Origin: the human T2T-CHM13v2.0 reference genome, Homo sapiens
Strand: one strand, 5' to 3'
DNA: 64,000 nucleotides
NCBI RefSeq assembly: GCF_009914755.1
Contig: NC_060944.1
Shown here one piece after another: positions 26,251 through 37,171 of the stretch (position 1 is its first letter; every line of letters starts with the position of its first letter). The translations under genes and the position numbers were made by a program. Under the pieces are notes generated by a model. The model had not been told where the DNA came from. It searched no databases and saw nothing but the letters and a program-made list of their open reading frames with translations.

Positions 26251-29200
26251 GATGTAGAATTTAGAGTAGGAAGTTTTCAGTACCTATTCTAACTCCATTA
26301 CCAACTGGCTGCATGGTATAAGATAATCATGTATTAATTGGGAATTAAAATAATAATTACTATTATACATACCTCAGAGAGTTGTTGCAAGAATAAAATG
26401 AGATCATGTGTGTGACAGTTCTTTGCAACTTTCGTATTTCTTTAGCACAGAGCTATACAAAAGAGAGCTATTTAATTTTTTTCTCTTTGGCTTAGAGCAC
26501 AGAAGCTTTCAGGGTGGAGAGTCAGGACAGGTTCTATGGACATATGGAGCTCCCAGGGGGGCTTGTGCAGGACTCAAGGAAATGTCCAGCTTAACCTGCT
26601 GGGCACAACAATTTTGCTGCTTCAACCCATCTGCTATGGAAAATGAGGAGCCAACAAAAAAGGGAGAAACAGAGGTGAAGGCACCTGATAATGAAAGCTT
26701 TAAGAAAGGGAAGGGGTAAGTACATGCCGTCAGGTGAACCCAGAAGTCAATAAAGATGAAAAGTCCTTTGGACATGACCAAGAGATTATTGATGCAATCT
26801 GCTGATGTCTTAGAATGTGCCTTGCCTAGGCTGGTGCCTGTGAGCTGGCAGAAGTGTGATGCCCTTCTCCGCTAGTATCAATAAAATCGCACGAGATATT
26901 CTTGCCCCATTCCCAGGTATATCCTGAGTCATTCATTTCAACCCAGCTTAACCCCATCCTCACCCTCAGAGTTCTTCACCCTTGGAATCAATTCGTGTTG
27001 AAGACCTCATATCATCTGCCTCAAAACCACTGATCCACATTGCCATTCTGTTCTGACCTCTGGCTGACTTGCTTAGGTATATTTTGAGAGCATTTTCTGC
27101 CCTGATTCTTATTTAAGCTGTTTATTGGATATTGATCTCTGAATTCCCTCCTTGATTGTAATTTGAACTCTCTTCCTTTGAATATGTTGTTTCTGTTCAC
27201 CTCAGGTTAACAGCCTAGACTTCTTTCTTGAAATTCGCCACAGCGAAACCTTGTGATTCAGCCAACCAAACCAGTAATTCATACTCATCCCTCTAGCAAA
27301 CGAAACCCTGAAGTTGCTAATGAGAAAAGGCATATGCAAGCCACAGTGTGTTGAGGCAGAGAAGGTAGCTGCAGAGGGCAGAAAGGAGTCTGATGGAGCT
27401 GGAGGAGGCTGTACTAAAACATAGTGATTATGAGCTTGGGCCCTGGGGTTCAAACCCCAGCTATCCCATTTCTTAGCTGTGTCCTTGGCCTGGTTATTTA
27501 ACCGCTCTAACCCTCAACTCTCTACTCAATTTTTCCTAGACCCCAGTGCTAAGCATATGGCAGGTGTTCGATATTGAGTAAATGAATAAGTTCATATAGA
27601 TGAAAAAAACAAGGCCCAGTATGATTGATACATATCTAATTAATAGCTAATGAAAAAAATGGCAATCCTCCATATTAAAGCCAAGCTACATGTCATTTCT
27701 TAGAGAAATAAAGTTAAAGTCTCATCAAAATGATAGATTTTATTTAGCCAATACTTCATAGTGCTAGACATGACACTCAGTGCTTCATAATTTCCTTGTG
27801 TATTTGCTATAATTATTGTCTCCATTTTACCTATGAGATAATTGAGATACAAAGAGGTTACAGAACTAATATGATTCCTAAAAGATTTACTCAAGGAATA
27901 CTGTGATCCCTAACAAATAGCCTTTTTGAAGTGTACTAATTTGGACTACCATTTTCTCTGCCTCTCTGTTCCTAATTGTCACAGGTTCTTCCTCCCTACT
28001 GGACCACAGGCGTGTCTCAGCATTGGGAAGGGTCCTAGGATGCATTGTAAAAGAAAGTCTGTAATTTTGGTGCATCAAGGAACAAAAGTGTGGAAACATC
28101 CAGCCTGTGGCTGCTGGACACTCCCCTTCTTCCTTCTCACCATACTGTCTGTAATAAAGAATAAAGTGTTATTTAATATTCTGAGTGTACAGTCCTATTT
28201 TTTCTTAACCTGGCAAACCAGAAACAGCAACTAATATTCCTGGTTCTCTTTTTACCTTTCACAAGATCTATATCTACCTTAGAGGCTTCAGGGAACAAGA
28301 ACAGCCTGGATAGTTTAAACCTAGAGTTAAACTACTCGAGGCATTTTAAGGTACCGCTACTTCACTATATATAAATGGGGTGGGGGGCTGGATTAAGGGC
28401 TAGAAGAATATATGAAGAGAAAGTGGCAAGCAAACCACTTGGAAAGCAAACCAAGGAATCAAAACAGTTGCTCTATCAAACTGAATATTCTTGCGCAGAA
28501 CTGAATATTCTTTGCCCTCACAGTGTTTTGAAACATTGTCATAGGGTGCCAGGCATGTCCCAAAGGAGGACCCTGGAGAGAGGGCTTCTGAGCTGGGCTA
28601 TCTCTAAACTGCTTCCAAGTTGACTTTGGAAAGATCACATGGGATTTTAGAAAAGTTATTATTATTATGACTTATAAAATTGTAGTTATTGAGTCAACTA
28701 TGAATCTTGCACCTTACCTTGGAGATACAAGCTAAATACCTTGGACCTAGAGCTACTGCAAACCAGAATACTTTGGGGCATAATGTACCAAAAAAGCTTT
28801 CAGAGGCTTGAATTATCACAGTGTAAATATCCATCTAGCAGAGCAGGTAATTTTCTCGTTACTCATCCTAAGCATTAGATACTCTGTGTGTTAGTTCTTT
28901 GCAGAAATAACCCATAGCAGCTGAACCATTTTGGAACAAATTTTCCATCACCTTCCTTCCCTGTGTGGTTCAGGCCTTTGCAAACCCTGAGTATCATGAA
29001 TCTGCTGGTTCTCTACTGGCAAAGATGATGACGTTTTCTTGTTTGTTTTTGTTTTGCTTTAATCATGCCGTGAGAAAATCCTAAGGGAAAAAAATCTCAT
29101 TATCCTATTCAAAATACATTTAGGGTTATCTGGTCATCCCTAGCAGATTTTTATGTACCCAATGTTTATGTATCTCAAATTACACTCTGTTACCTTTCCC

Positions 29201-30169
29201 AGAGCAAGATGAAGAACCTCTAAGAACCTCTCAAACAGCATCATTTTCACAACAAGCACTAGCAATGGAAAACATTGTCACCACCACCAGCTAATCCTGT
29301 AGGGTCCATGGTATTTTCTGTAATGCCTTGAAACAGTCTGCCTCTCTCTTCTTGTCTGTCATTTTTATAGATGTCAGTGTGGGGCATCAGCAGTTGAAAA
29401 CTCAGAATACCAAGCCAGTCCTTCCCTGTGACTGCTACATAGCTTTTGCCTGCAGGATAAGCCTCCATCACTGACGTAGTTGCTTTTTAACTTCTTTTTT
29501 TTTTTTAACTTGGAAAATCCCCCACCTCCTCCATTCCTTCACAAAACTTTCTGCCTGAATGATTTCTAGTCTGAGGGCCATACACACATTTTTTTTTCTC
29601 CCTCTGCAGGTTTTTTTTTCTCTTCAAACTTCCGCATGCTGCCTTTTTTTAAAGTGTCACACTTTGGAAAAAATTCTGACTACAAAGGATTTTGCAGTAC
29701 ATTGCATTCAAACCCCTTTCCCCCTATTCCAACTTGCTTTATAATGAAAGTAAGAGCCATACTCAAGAGACTTTTATTGGCAATTAAGTATCTAAGGACT
29801 TTGCAGATTTTCTTCTTTATTGTATGGCAATCTTAAATGTTTAATGAATATTTAAGTAAACAAATTTCAGCAACATGCCTTTTTTAGGAATTTGGCTTTA
29901 ATTAACATCCAAACACTGTTAATTATTATGGCAAAAACATCAATACGTCAAAAAAAAGCCTTCAGGCCAGGGAATCTTTAAGAAACAATTATGTCTACTA
30001 ATTTCGATTAAAGGTATCCTTTATTAAATTCTTAACAACCCGTCTCTTTCTAAACGCAGCGCCTTCACAACTCTTCTTCCCTTCCCCCTACCCCGCTTCC
30101 CTCCCTCCGCAATGGAGCGCAATCAAAGGCCGTATTATTGCCTAAGCTTGGCTCTCAGGCCAGCTAGGG

Positions 30170-30170
<1 letters not shown>

Positions 30171-30216
<46 letters not shown>
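30171..30216 (+). repeat. (TG)23 microsatellite
   Basis: 46 bp of perfect TG, counted directly. Confidence 0.98.
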
Positions 30217-30217
<1 letters not shown>

Positions 30218-31000
30218 TGGGGCGGGGGTGGGGGGCGAGGGTGCAAGGGGAGAGGTTGTACGCCGCTTTTCCGAACCCAGCTCTAAATGGTTTCTCCTAA
30301 GCGAGACAAGGATTTTCCATAGCCTAAAAGAGGCCATCAAGTTTTAACATTGCGAGGCACGACTTCTAATCGCATCCTTCCCGGAAAAGTACAAACAGTT
30401 CCTCAGACGAGGTCCCCCACCTCCCACGCGCTCCCCAGCCCTCCCTCCCTGCGGAGAGCCCCGCGACAGCCTCCCCAACACCTGTGAATCATCCGGGAGG
30501 CTGCCACCGCCGAGCGATCCGCGCACCACCCCCTTCCCGGGCCCGGGCACGGCCAGGGAGGACAGTTAGGGTTGTTGCTTTATAATTATCACTTTTAATC
30601 TCTAATACGACCAGCACAAGTAGCCTTTGTCTCCCCGCCCTGATTTGAGCATCCGAGGGCCCCCCGAGGCAGCCTGCACGGGTACCCCGGGGTTTGCGCA
30701 CTGAGTGAACCCCCAGATTCGGCCGTGTCCCAGCCGTCCTTGCTCTGAATCCCCCACCTCCTCCCGGCCGTTTGGACGGTTCCCTCGGGGCGTCTGTGCC
30801 TCCGTGGGGTACCCCTAAGACACCCAGCATGAAACCCCAGCACCGACTGCAAATTCCACCGAAAGCAGAGTCATCCGTTTTTGCCCTCGGCAAACAACTC
30901 AACTTCAAGCCTCGAGTCCTTGCAAACCCACGCTGGCTGGGCTAACTCCGCTTCCCTTCTCCTTCCCCCGACTCCTGCAACAGCTCAGAGAGCCTGGCTC

Positions 31001-31008
31001 TGACGTAG
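31001..31008 (+). promoter_or_regulatory. CRE-like site TGACGTAG
   Basis: TGACG half-CRE core inside the CpG island. Confidence 0.55.
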
Positions 31009-31104
31009 TTCAAAATAACGTGCGCCAGCCTCGCTGCCCGGCTGACCACAGCAACGAGAGCCACAAGCCCTCGACGCTGCTTCGATAACATGAAGCAATC
31101 ACTC

Positions 31105-31114
31105 ATAAAAATAG
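31105..31114 (+). promoter_or_regulatory. MEF2-like site ATAAAAATAG
   Basis: 9/10 match to YTAWWWWTAR. Confidence 0.55.
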
Positions 31115-31131
31115 CAACCCACGTAGCCTGG

Positions 31132-31141
31132 CCATATATGG
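31132..31141. promoter_or_regulatory. CArG box (SRF site) CCATATATGG
   Basis: Perfect CC(A/T)6GG palindrome. Confidence 0.75.
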
Positions 31142-31267
31142 AGCTGGCGAGGGTGGACGGGGATGCCCCTCCGGACCCTCTTCGGAGAAAACAAATCGCC
31201 GCTGAAATTTCCCCCACCCCTCCCATCACTACCTTTTACCCCTCCTCTGCCTTCCCCTCTCCTTAGA

Positions 31268-31274
31268 TGACTCA
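31268..31274. promoter_or_regulatory. AP-1 site TGACTCA
   Basis: Perfect consensus about 420 bp upstream of the TSS. Confidence 0.65.
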
Positions 31275-31293
31275 ACCACAGATTCCACTGAAA

Positions 31294-31318
31294 GGGGGTG
31301 GGGGTGGGGGTGGGGGGG
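31294..31318 (+). other. G-quadruplex-forming motif (G5T)3G7
   Basis: Four G runs of 5 or more with single-T loops. Confidence 0.85.
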
Positions 31319-31320
31319 AA

Positions 31321-31437
31321 TATATACACATACACACAAATTATACATATATTATACATGTATTATAAAATATACACACACATACATATATACATACACA
31401 CACATATACACATATGTACACACACACGCACACACAC
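31321..31437 (+). repeat. Mixed (TA)/(CA) alternating purine-pyrimidine repeat
   Basis: TATATACACATACACACA...CACACACGCACACACAC. Confidence 0.9.
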
Positions 31438-31597
31438 CAAAGAACATCAGGAATGCAGTTGCGGGATGAACGCGTTTGCCCAAGACCGAGTGTTAAAATG
31501 GAGTCATAAGAGTCGCCCCGTGCGGGTGTTTATAGAAGGTGAAAACACGCAGGTTTGCAGGCCAGCGCACTGGGAACCGAGTCAAGCGCGCCGCAGC

Positions 31598-31660
31598 CCG
31601 GGCCCCGCCCCCGCCCCCGCCGTGCCCCGCCCCCACTTCCTCCCGCCCCTCGCTGGGCGG
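31598..31660. promoter_or_regulatory. GC-box cluster (SP/KLF) with overlapping EGR sites
   Basis: Repeated CCCCGCCCC; CGCCCCCGC at 31606-31614 and 31612-31620; GGGCGG at 31655-31660. Confidence 0.8.
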
Positions 31661-31661
31661 C

Positions 31662-31669
31662 TATTAAAA
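31662..31669 (+). promoter_or_regulatory. SNAP25: TATA-like box TATTAAAA
   Basis: About 30 bp upstream of the recognised mRNA 5' end. Confidence 0.8.
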
Positions 31670-31674
31670 GCTGC

Positions 31675-31682
31675 TGACGTCA
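31675..31682. promoter_or_regulatory. Full palindromic CRE TGACGTCA
   Basis: Perfect consensus between the TATA-like box and the TSS. Confidence 0.8.
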
Positions 31683-31693
31683 AAACGGACGGC

Positions 31694-31842
31694 CATCTTT
31701 GATGAGGGCAGAGCTCACGTTGCATTGAAGACGAAACCTCGGGGAGGTCAGGCGCTGTCTTTCCTTCCCTCCCTGCTCGGCGGCTCCACCACAGTTGCAA
31801 CCTGCAGAGGCCCGGAGAACACAACCCTCCCGAGAAGCCCAG
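31694..31842 (+). other. SNAP25: SNAP25 exon 1 (non-coding 5'UTR)
   Basis: CATCTTTGATGAGGGCAGAGCTC...CCCGAGAAGCCCAG recognised as the SNAP25 mRNA 5' end; strong donor CAG|GTAAGA at 31842/31843; tandem intronic RE1 sites fit SNAP25; exact TSS approximate. Confidence 0.92.
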
Positions 31843-32101
31843 GTAAGAACCCCCCTCCCCAGGTCGTGGCTCTGGCTCGGGATGGCTGCATACCCAGAAG
31901 GGACAGCAGCTGGGCAGTCCGAGTGGGCTTGGGTAAATACAAGTATTGGTGCACTTAGGGTGCGGTATTCCGTGTGTGCACGTCTGGTGGGGGCTTTATA
32001 AAGTGTTTTCGAGGTGAGCTGCTGGGGAAAAGGGAAACGGGAGCCCTGCAAATGGAGCGACGGGGAGGAAGAGCGAGGGTACGTACCGAATAATAACTTA
32101 C

Positions 32102-32371
32102 TCTTTTGAAACAGTAGTGGGACCCCCTCTTTCTTCCATTTTGCGATGCAGTTTTCAGAGATATTTAGGCTGTTGAGTTTTCCTCCCCTGTCGTTCTAAC
32201 CCTATTATTATGACTGTTGTCGTTAGGGTGCTATTATCCAGGGAAGAATTAAGGGGGAGACAGGGTGTGGGTGCTGGGGAGGCGAAAGGAGAAAGGGGGA
32301 GTTCCCGCCCCGGGCAAGCTGAGCTGCTGCAGCGACAGCAGCCTCCATGCCCCGCGGACTTGATTTATGCC
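32102..32371 (-). ncRNA. SNAP25-AS1: Probable first exon of antisense lncRNA SNAP25-AS1
   Basis: From memory, AS1 starts about 0.7 kb inside SNAP25 intron 1 and runs upstream; minus-strand donor AGA|GTAAGT seen at 32102/32101; boundaries are inferred. Confidence 0.5.
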
Positions 32372-32485
32372 GCCTGCTCCACGTCAACTGCAGGCTGGCG
32401 GGAGGCGGGCGGGTCGTGCCGGGTGGGAGGGCTCTGCGGAGGGCTGGCGCGGGTGGGCTGGCTTCGGGGACTGCGGCGGCCCGCG

Positions 32486-32506
32486 CTCAGCACCCTGGAT
32501 AGCAAC
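32486..32506 (+). promoter_or_regulatory. RE1/NRSE (REST site) 1
   Basis: CTCAGCACCCTGGATAGCAAC versus consensus TTCAGCACCACGGACAGCGCC. Confidence 0.88.
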
Positions 32507-32536
32507 ACCGAGGGCTCGCGCGGGCGCCCTCGACCT

Positions 32537-32557
32537 TTCAGCACCGGGGACAGCGGT
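32537..32557 (+). promoter_or_regulatory. RE1/NRSE (REST site) 2
   Basis: TTCAGCACCGGGGACAGCGGT, close to consensus. Confidence 0.93.
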
Positions 32558-35500
32558 CCGGCCGCAGCGCCTCATCTGCCTGCGGCAGAAATGCCTGGCC
32601 GGGGCTGGATGTGCCAGGGCTGGAGACCAAATTGTCTCCCTGAGACCCCGGTCTTACGGAGACCCTTAATAGAGGAGTCATAGTAGCTTAAAAGAAAACA
32701 AGAAAGAAATAAATCTTCCTCACAGAGACTCCTTTGCAGACAATTTCCTGTTCCCCTCCTCACCTCCTGCATAGCTTCAACAAAATAGTCTACTTGTGGA
32801 AATCTTCTGTGTTGCCCTCTGACCCTTATTTTACGTAGAAAATAAATACATTTTTTTAAAAATATGGATTTATCCTCCAGCAGGGTATCAAGGTTTTTGT
32901 TTGGTTTTGTTTTTTAACACAGAGTAGATCTGTCTACAGATCTTGGGTGAGCATAAGTACTGTATATATGAAGAAGCCAATGCTATCTGTTTATAGGGAT
33001 GATACATCTCTCTCTATGTTTCCATTTGATAAAAATGTGAGATTAGCTGAACTAAGCAGAATCAACTTTAAGAATGAATCACTCTTCCTTTTCCTTCTTC
33101 CCCCATCCTTGCAATCAGGCATGAATACAAGCATTCATCCACAAAAACACATATCTGAGAAATTTTACTGGTCCTGTACTGAATAGATTTAACCTCTTTG
33201 GCCACGGTTTCAGAGTTACTGGAAGTATTTGCTATCAGCACTGGTTATCGCAGGCTGATAGCTTTAGATTTTGACAATATTAAGACTGGCCTTCCTCAGG
33301 AGAATCCAAGTGTGTCCTTCAGGGTAATGCAGGTAAAGAACCATGGTGTTAAACTAGAACTTAACTCTGACCTAAAGGTCTACTGCAATTTCTCTTATGG
33401 CACTGCGGGATTTTGCTGAGGTGGTAATAACTACTTTAACCATTTTCTACTCTGAGGCTTGGAGCATCTGAGAGAGCAAAAGTCATCAGGGGTATTTCTC
33501 TCTGTTTGATGTAGATAAAACTGGCATAAAAATGACCAGAGTCAAAATTATGCCATTTGAGTCATTAGCAAAAAAGAGTAACAGCGTCATATGTAATAAT
33601 CTATACAATGCATTAAAGAAACGCTATCATGATCCCCTTAAAAGACCCCAAATGAGAACTTGGATTGTGTTTAGATAGTCATACCTCCTATCATCTGTAT
33701 GCTACAGACACTAAAATTCCCTGTCCATATACAGAAGGTAATTTCATTCGCTGCTATTTAATTATTTCCTAGTGTTTTTTCTTTTTATAGATGACCATGT
33801 GTTTCCATGTATGTATATGTTGATCTGTTATTTTGCATGGATGTAAAATTATTTGGGTGGACATTTATATATGAGTATGTAAACGTATAAAAGAAGTTTA
33901 TAACTTTGCAATCTGCAGACAAAAATAAACAACTGTGTTTTAGTAGTGGAGGAGAGAAAATATGGGCAGGAATCTTTAAAAATGCTTTAACTTCATGCTG
34001 CATGTCCAGACAGCTGTCTGCGTAGTTGCGTCAAATGAAAAGCCTAATGCTGCCGGAATTACGTGCTTGGACATTAGTAATTACTGCTGGGTTTGTTTGC
34101 TAGTGGAAGACTGGGGAGGAGCGGGGGAAGTAGAGGACCGCAGTGAAGATGGCAAAGGGCACAGAGCTGAGAGGAAGAAGCAATGTGCACAATTAGAAAG
34201 CTAATTTTAGAATAGCTTACTGAGAAATTTAAAAAATATATCATTGAACCATGAATTTAACATTTATATCATTGACAAGCTTCCAGGGAAAAAAAATCGA
34301 GAAATTTCCCATTTTAAGTTAGAATTTTTAAAATCCAGGGCAATGCGGTGAGAAGAGGCAGGAGCAGATGGACATAGGATGAGCCAGGAGTCATTCACAC
34401 AGACCCTCTGATGCCTGTTTGTTCATCGGCATTTACTGCATTACCACCTCAGTGTTCAAATTACAGAACAATTTACAATCCTCTTAACCTCTTCATGGCA
34501 AAATCTCCCAAGAATTCACAATTTTATTTTTACTTTGTTAAACACGCACAACCACACATGCACAAACACAATGCAAACTACCCGTTAATTAGCTTGTCTA
34601 AAGATATTCCCAAGCTCTAAATGTTAACCCTTGAGTGAGGGTTATCAGCTGAAAGACATGTTTCTGCCAGTGACACCTAGAAGCTGCGTAAGCAGTCAGC
34701 CTTCAGCATAACACGTAGGTTTTGACGATTAGTAGAAACGAGAAAAATAATCTGAGAAAGAGGTTGAGAGAGGAGACATGAAGGAGAAAAATAGAAAATA
34801 TGCTTTTTAGATAATTCACTATGAATAAACAATGTTTCTCACATTATGGGACTGCTTTACAATTCTATAAAAGAAGGAAAAATCTGTGTTTTAAGCCTCA
34901 GCGCTGGATACTTTCTGCAATGTCATCCCTTGTCAGCAAGTACCAACCTGATAGGAAGATACTGATCAATCGGTATTCACCGGATACAGAAATGAATCCC
35001 ATGGGAGTTATAAAATTTCATGGTTTTGTCTTGACCTCAATAAGTTTAGCATCTAGCAATCTTAATAAAAGCAATAAACAATAAGTTAATAAATAAAACC
35101 AGAATTAAATGCAATAAAACATTAGAAGACAAATTTTGAGGACATATGTGATTAATTTCCAAGTGAATGTAACCAACAATAAGTAACATAAAATCAGGAG
35201 GGCGATATCGCAGTGGACTGGAACAATCTGAGAGAAGAGGCAGGCCTTGAGATGGCTTTTGGAGGTTGCAGAGAGGTGGGAGAGTTCTGTTAAGCTGAAG
35301 TCACAACATATGCAGAATATCAAGTTAGGCAAGCCCACTCTACAGTTGGCAAACCCTGAAAATGCCCATTGATTTGGGTGGAGTGGGAAGCTTGGAGGGA
35401 ATAGGCTGGGATGCAGAGTTGGAGCCTTCTGTGGAAGGCTTTGAATGTCAAGCTGAGAATTTGGTACTTTATCCTCTAAAGTTGATTTCTGAGCAGAAGC

Positions 35501-36879
35501 TGATATAACAAAGTAACCAGGTCTTTTTAATATCCAGAAATTACTATTGACAGAGTGGATTTAATTTGCATTCTTCCAGAAGTAGAGGGGAGCAAATTGG
35601 TATCATAAGAGATGGTTAATGAAAAAAAATCAGTCCTTACTGAAGCATCTTTTAAGACTACTTTTCAGGATACATATACCTACATAGACATATAATTCCT
35701 GCTTGGAAGTTAATTGCAAGTTTCCATTTTCCATTATTGACTAAATGAAATTATGCAAGTTGAGCACTTGCCAGGCAGACTGAAAAGAAAGTCAAGAATC
35801 TGGTGATGAGACACCCCAGAAGGTCCCAGAAGGTGCACTTGAATAATAAACATGGTGCTGAACACTCTCTTGCCCTCTGTGAATATTCAGCATTGTCAAG
35901 TGCACTGACGGGAGGAATGAAAAAAGTTGTCATTTCTTCTGAGCATGTTTTGAGCAGCATGACATATAGGACCAGCCCCAAGTGGCTAAAAATGGGAGGA
36001 AAAAGATGGAATGGTAGAATTTTGAAAAACTGGGATGGGTAGTATATCAGATTTCTTTCCCTGCCTATTTTGCTGACTCTTGCTAGTTACCCTCACTTCA
36101 GGGCTACCTCGAGGTCTGGATTACACCCATTTCCTTTCTAACCTTGTGGTTACTACTCTCACAGAAGAGCTTCAAAAATCCAAATGCTGACAGAATTGCT
36201 AAGCCAAAATAGTCAGTGGGTTCATGTAGAGGAAGAAATGGCAACGGTAGATACAGATTTTACTGCCATTTCATTTCTGGCTATAAGGTATCAAGAGACT
36301 ATCCTCATCTATTCTTCACTAAAACACTGGCAGTAGAGACACCACAGGATAACATTTTTATATCCAAGCTGACTACCTAGGGGAAACTTAGAGGTAGTGA
36401 CATTTGATGCTTTAGGAGGTCAGGTTGGTGGTTATTAAACTGAGTCCAGGGGCTACACAAGCATCAAGTAAGGTGAAGGAAGGAGATATGACATAGCACT
36501 GAGGAAGTAGGACATGATGAGGGGACAAAAAGTTAAAAAAAAAAGTCTTACAAGAGGAAAAAGACTTCATAGAAATTTCTAGAGAACCCCAGCTACACTG
36601 TGAACTCCTCAGAATTGCTATTATTGCCTTAACAATAATACCTACTCTTTCTACATAATTTTCTTCACAAGACTCTCAAGCACTTCACCCAATATGAAAG
36701 TCCAAGGAATTTCTGATTTCTAAATAAATAGTGCAACCCACAGACACATATGTTCAGATATAGTATTAGATCACATTTAGTAAGACATAAATTGATTTAG
36801 AATGACAGAGATACCCAAATCAGTGATTAATCAGAATGGGCTTATGGGGAAGAATGTGACACTCATTCTAAAAGTGTTT

Positions 36880-37060
36880 ACCTATACTGGCTCACTGTAT
36901 CCTCCTAACAACCTTGTGGTCAGATTACTATTATTATTTCCATTTCGCAGATGAAATAACTGATGCACAGCAAGGGTAAGTAACTTGTCGCAGAGCAGAG
37001 CCAAGACTTAAATGTAATCAGTCTGACTCCAGAGATTAAGCTATGAAGTGTATTTTATGC
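36880..37060 (-). mobile_element. MIR SINE
   Basis: ATTATTATTTCCATTTCGCAGATGAAATAACTGATGCACAG...AACTTGTC. Confidence 0.7.
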
Positions 37061-37120
37061 TACCTCTTGCATCATCCATATTTTTCATATTGGCCAAATA
37101 AGGCATAGAGAATGTACATG

Positions 37121-37122
<2 letters not shown>

Positions 37123-37169
<47 letters not shown>
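37123..37169 (+). repeat. T47 homopolymer with no attached Alu/L1 body
   Basis: 47 consecutive T counted, followed directly by GCAG. Confidence 0.97.

Positions 37170-37171
<2 letters not shown>

Larger units (their letters stand above)
30040..32660. promoter_or_regulatory. SNAP25: CpG island of the SNAP25 / SNAP25-AS1 promoter region
   Basis: Abrupt rise in GC and CpG density against CpG-depleted flanks; split by an AT/CA-rich repeat at 31321-31437. Confidence 0.95.

Noticed and set aside
28479-28512. AACTGAATATTCTT repeated with a 20-bp period
   Set aside because: Two copies only; ordinary slippage duplication, not an array
30344-32772. Many overlapping 60-157-aa ORFs in the CpG island
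   Set aside because: Expected from low stop-codon frequency in GC-rich DNA; low-complexity G/R/A/P products; no recognisable domain
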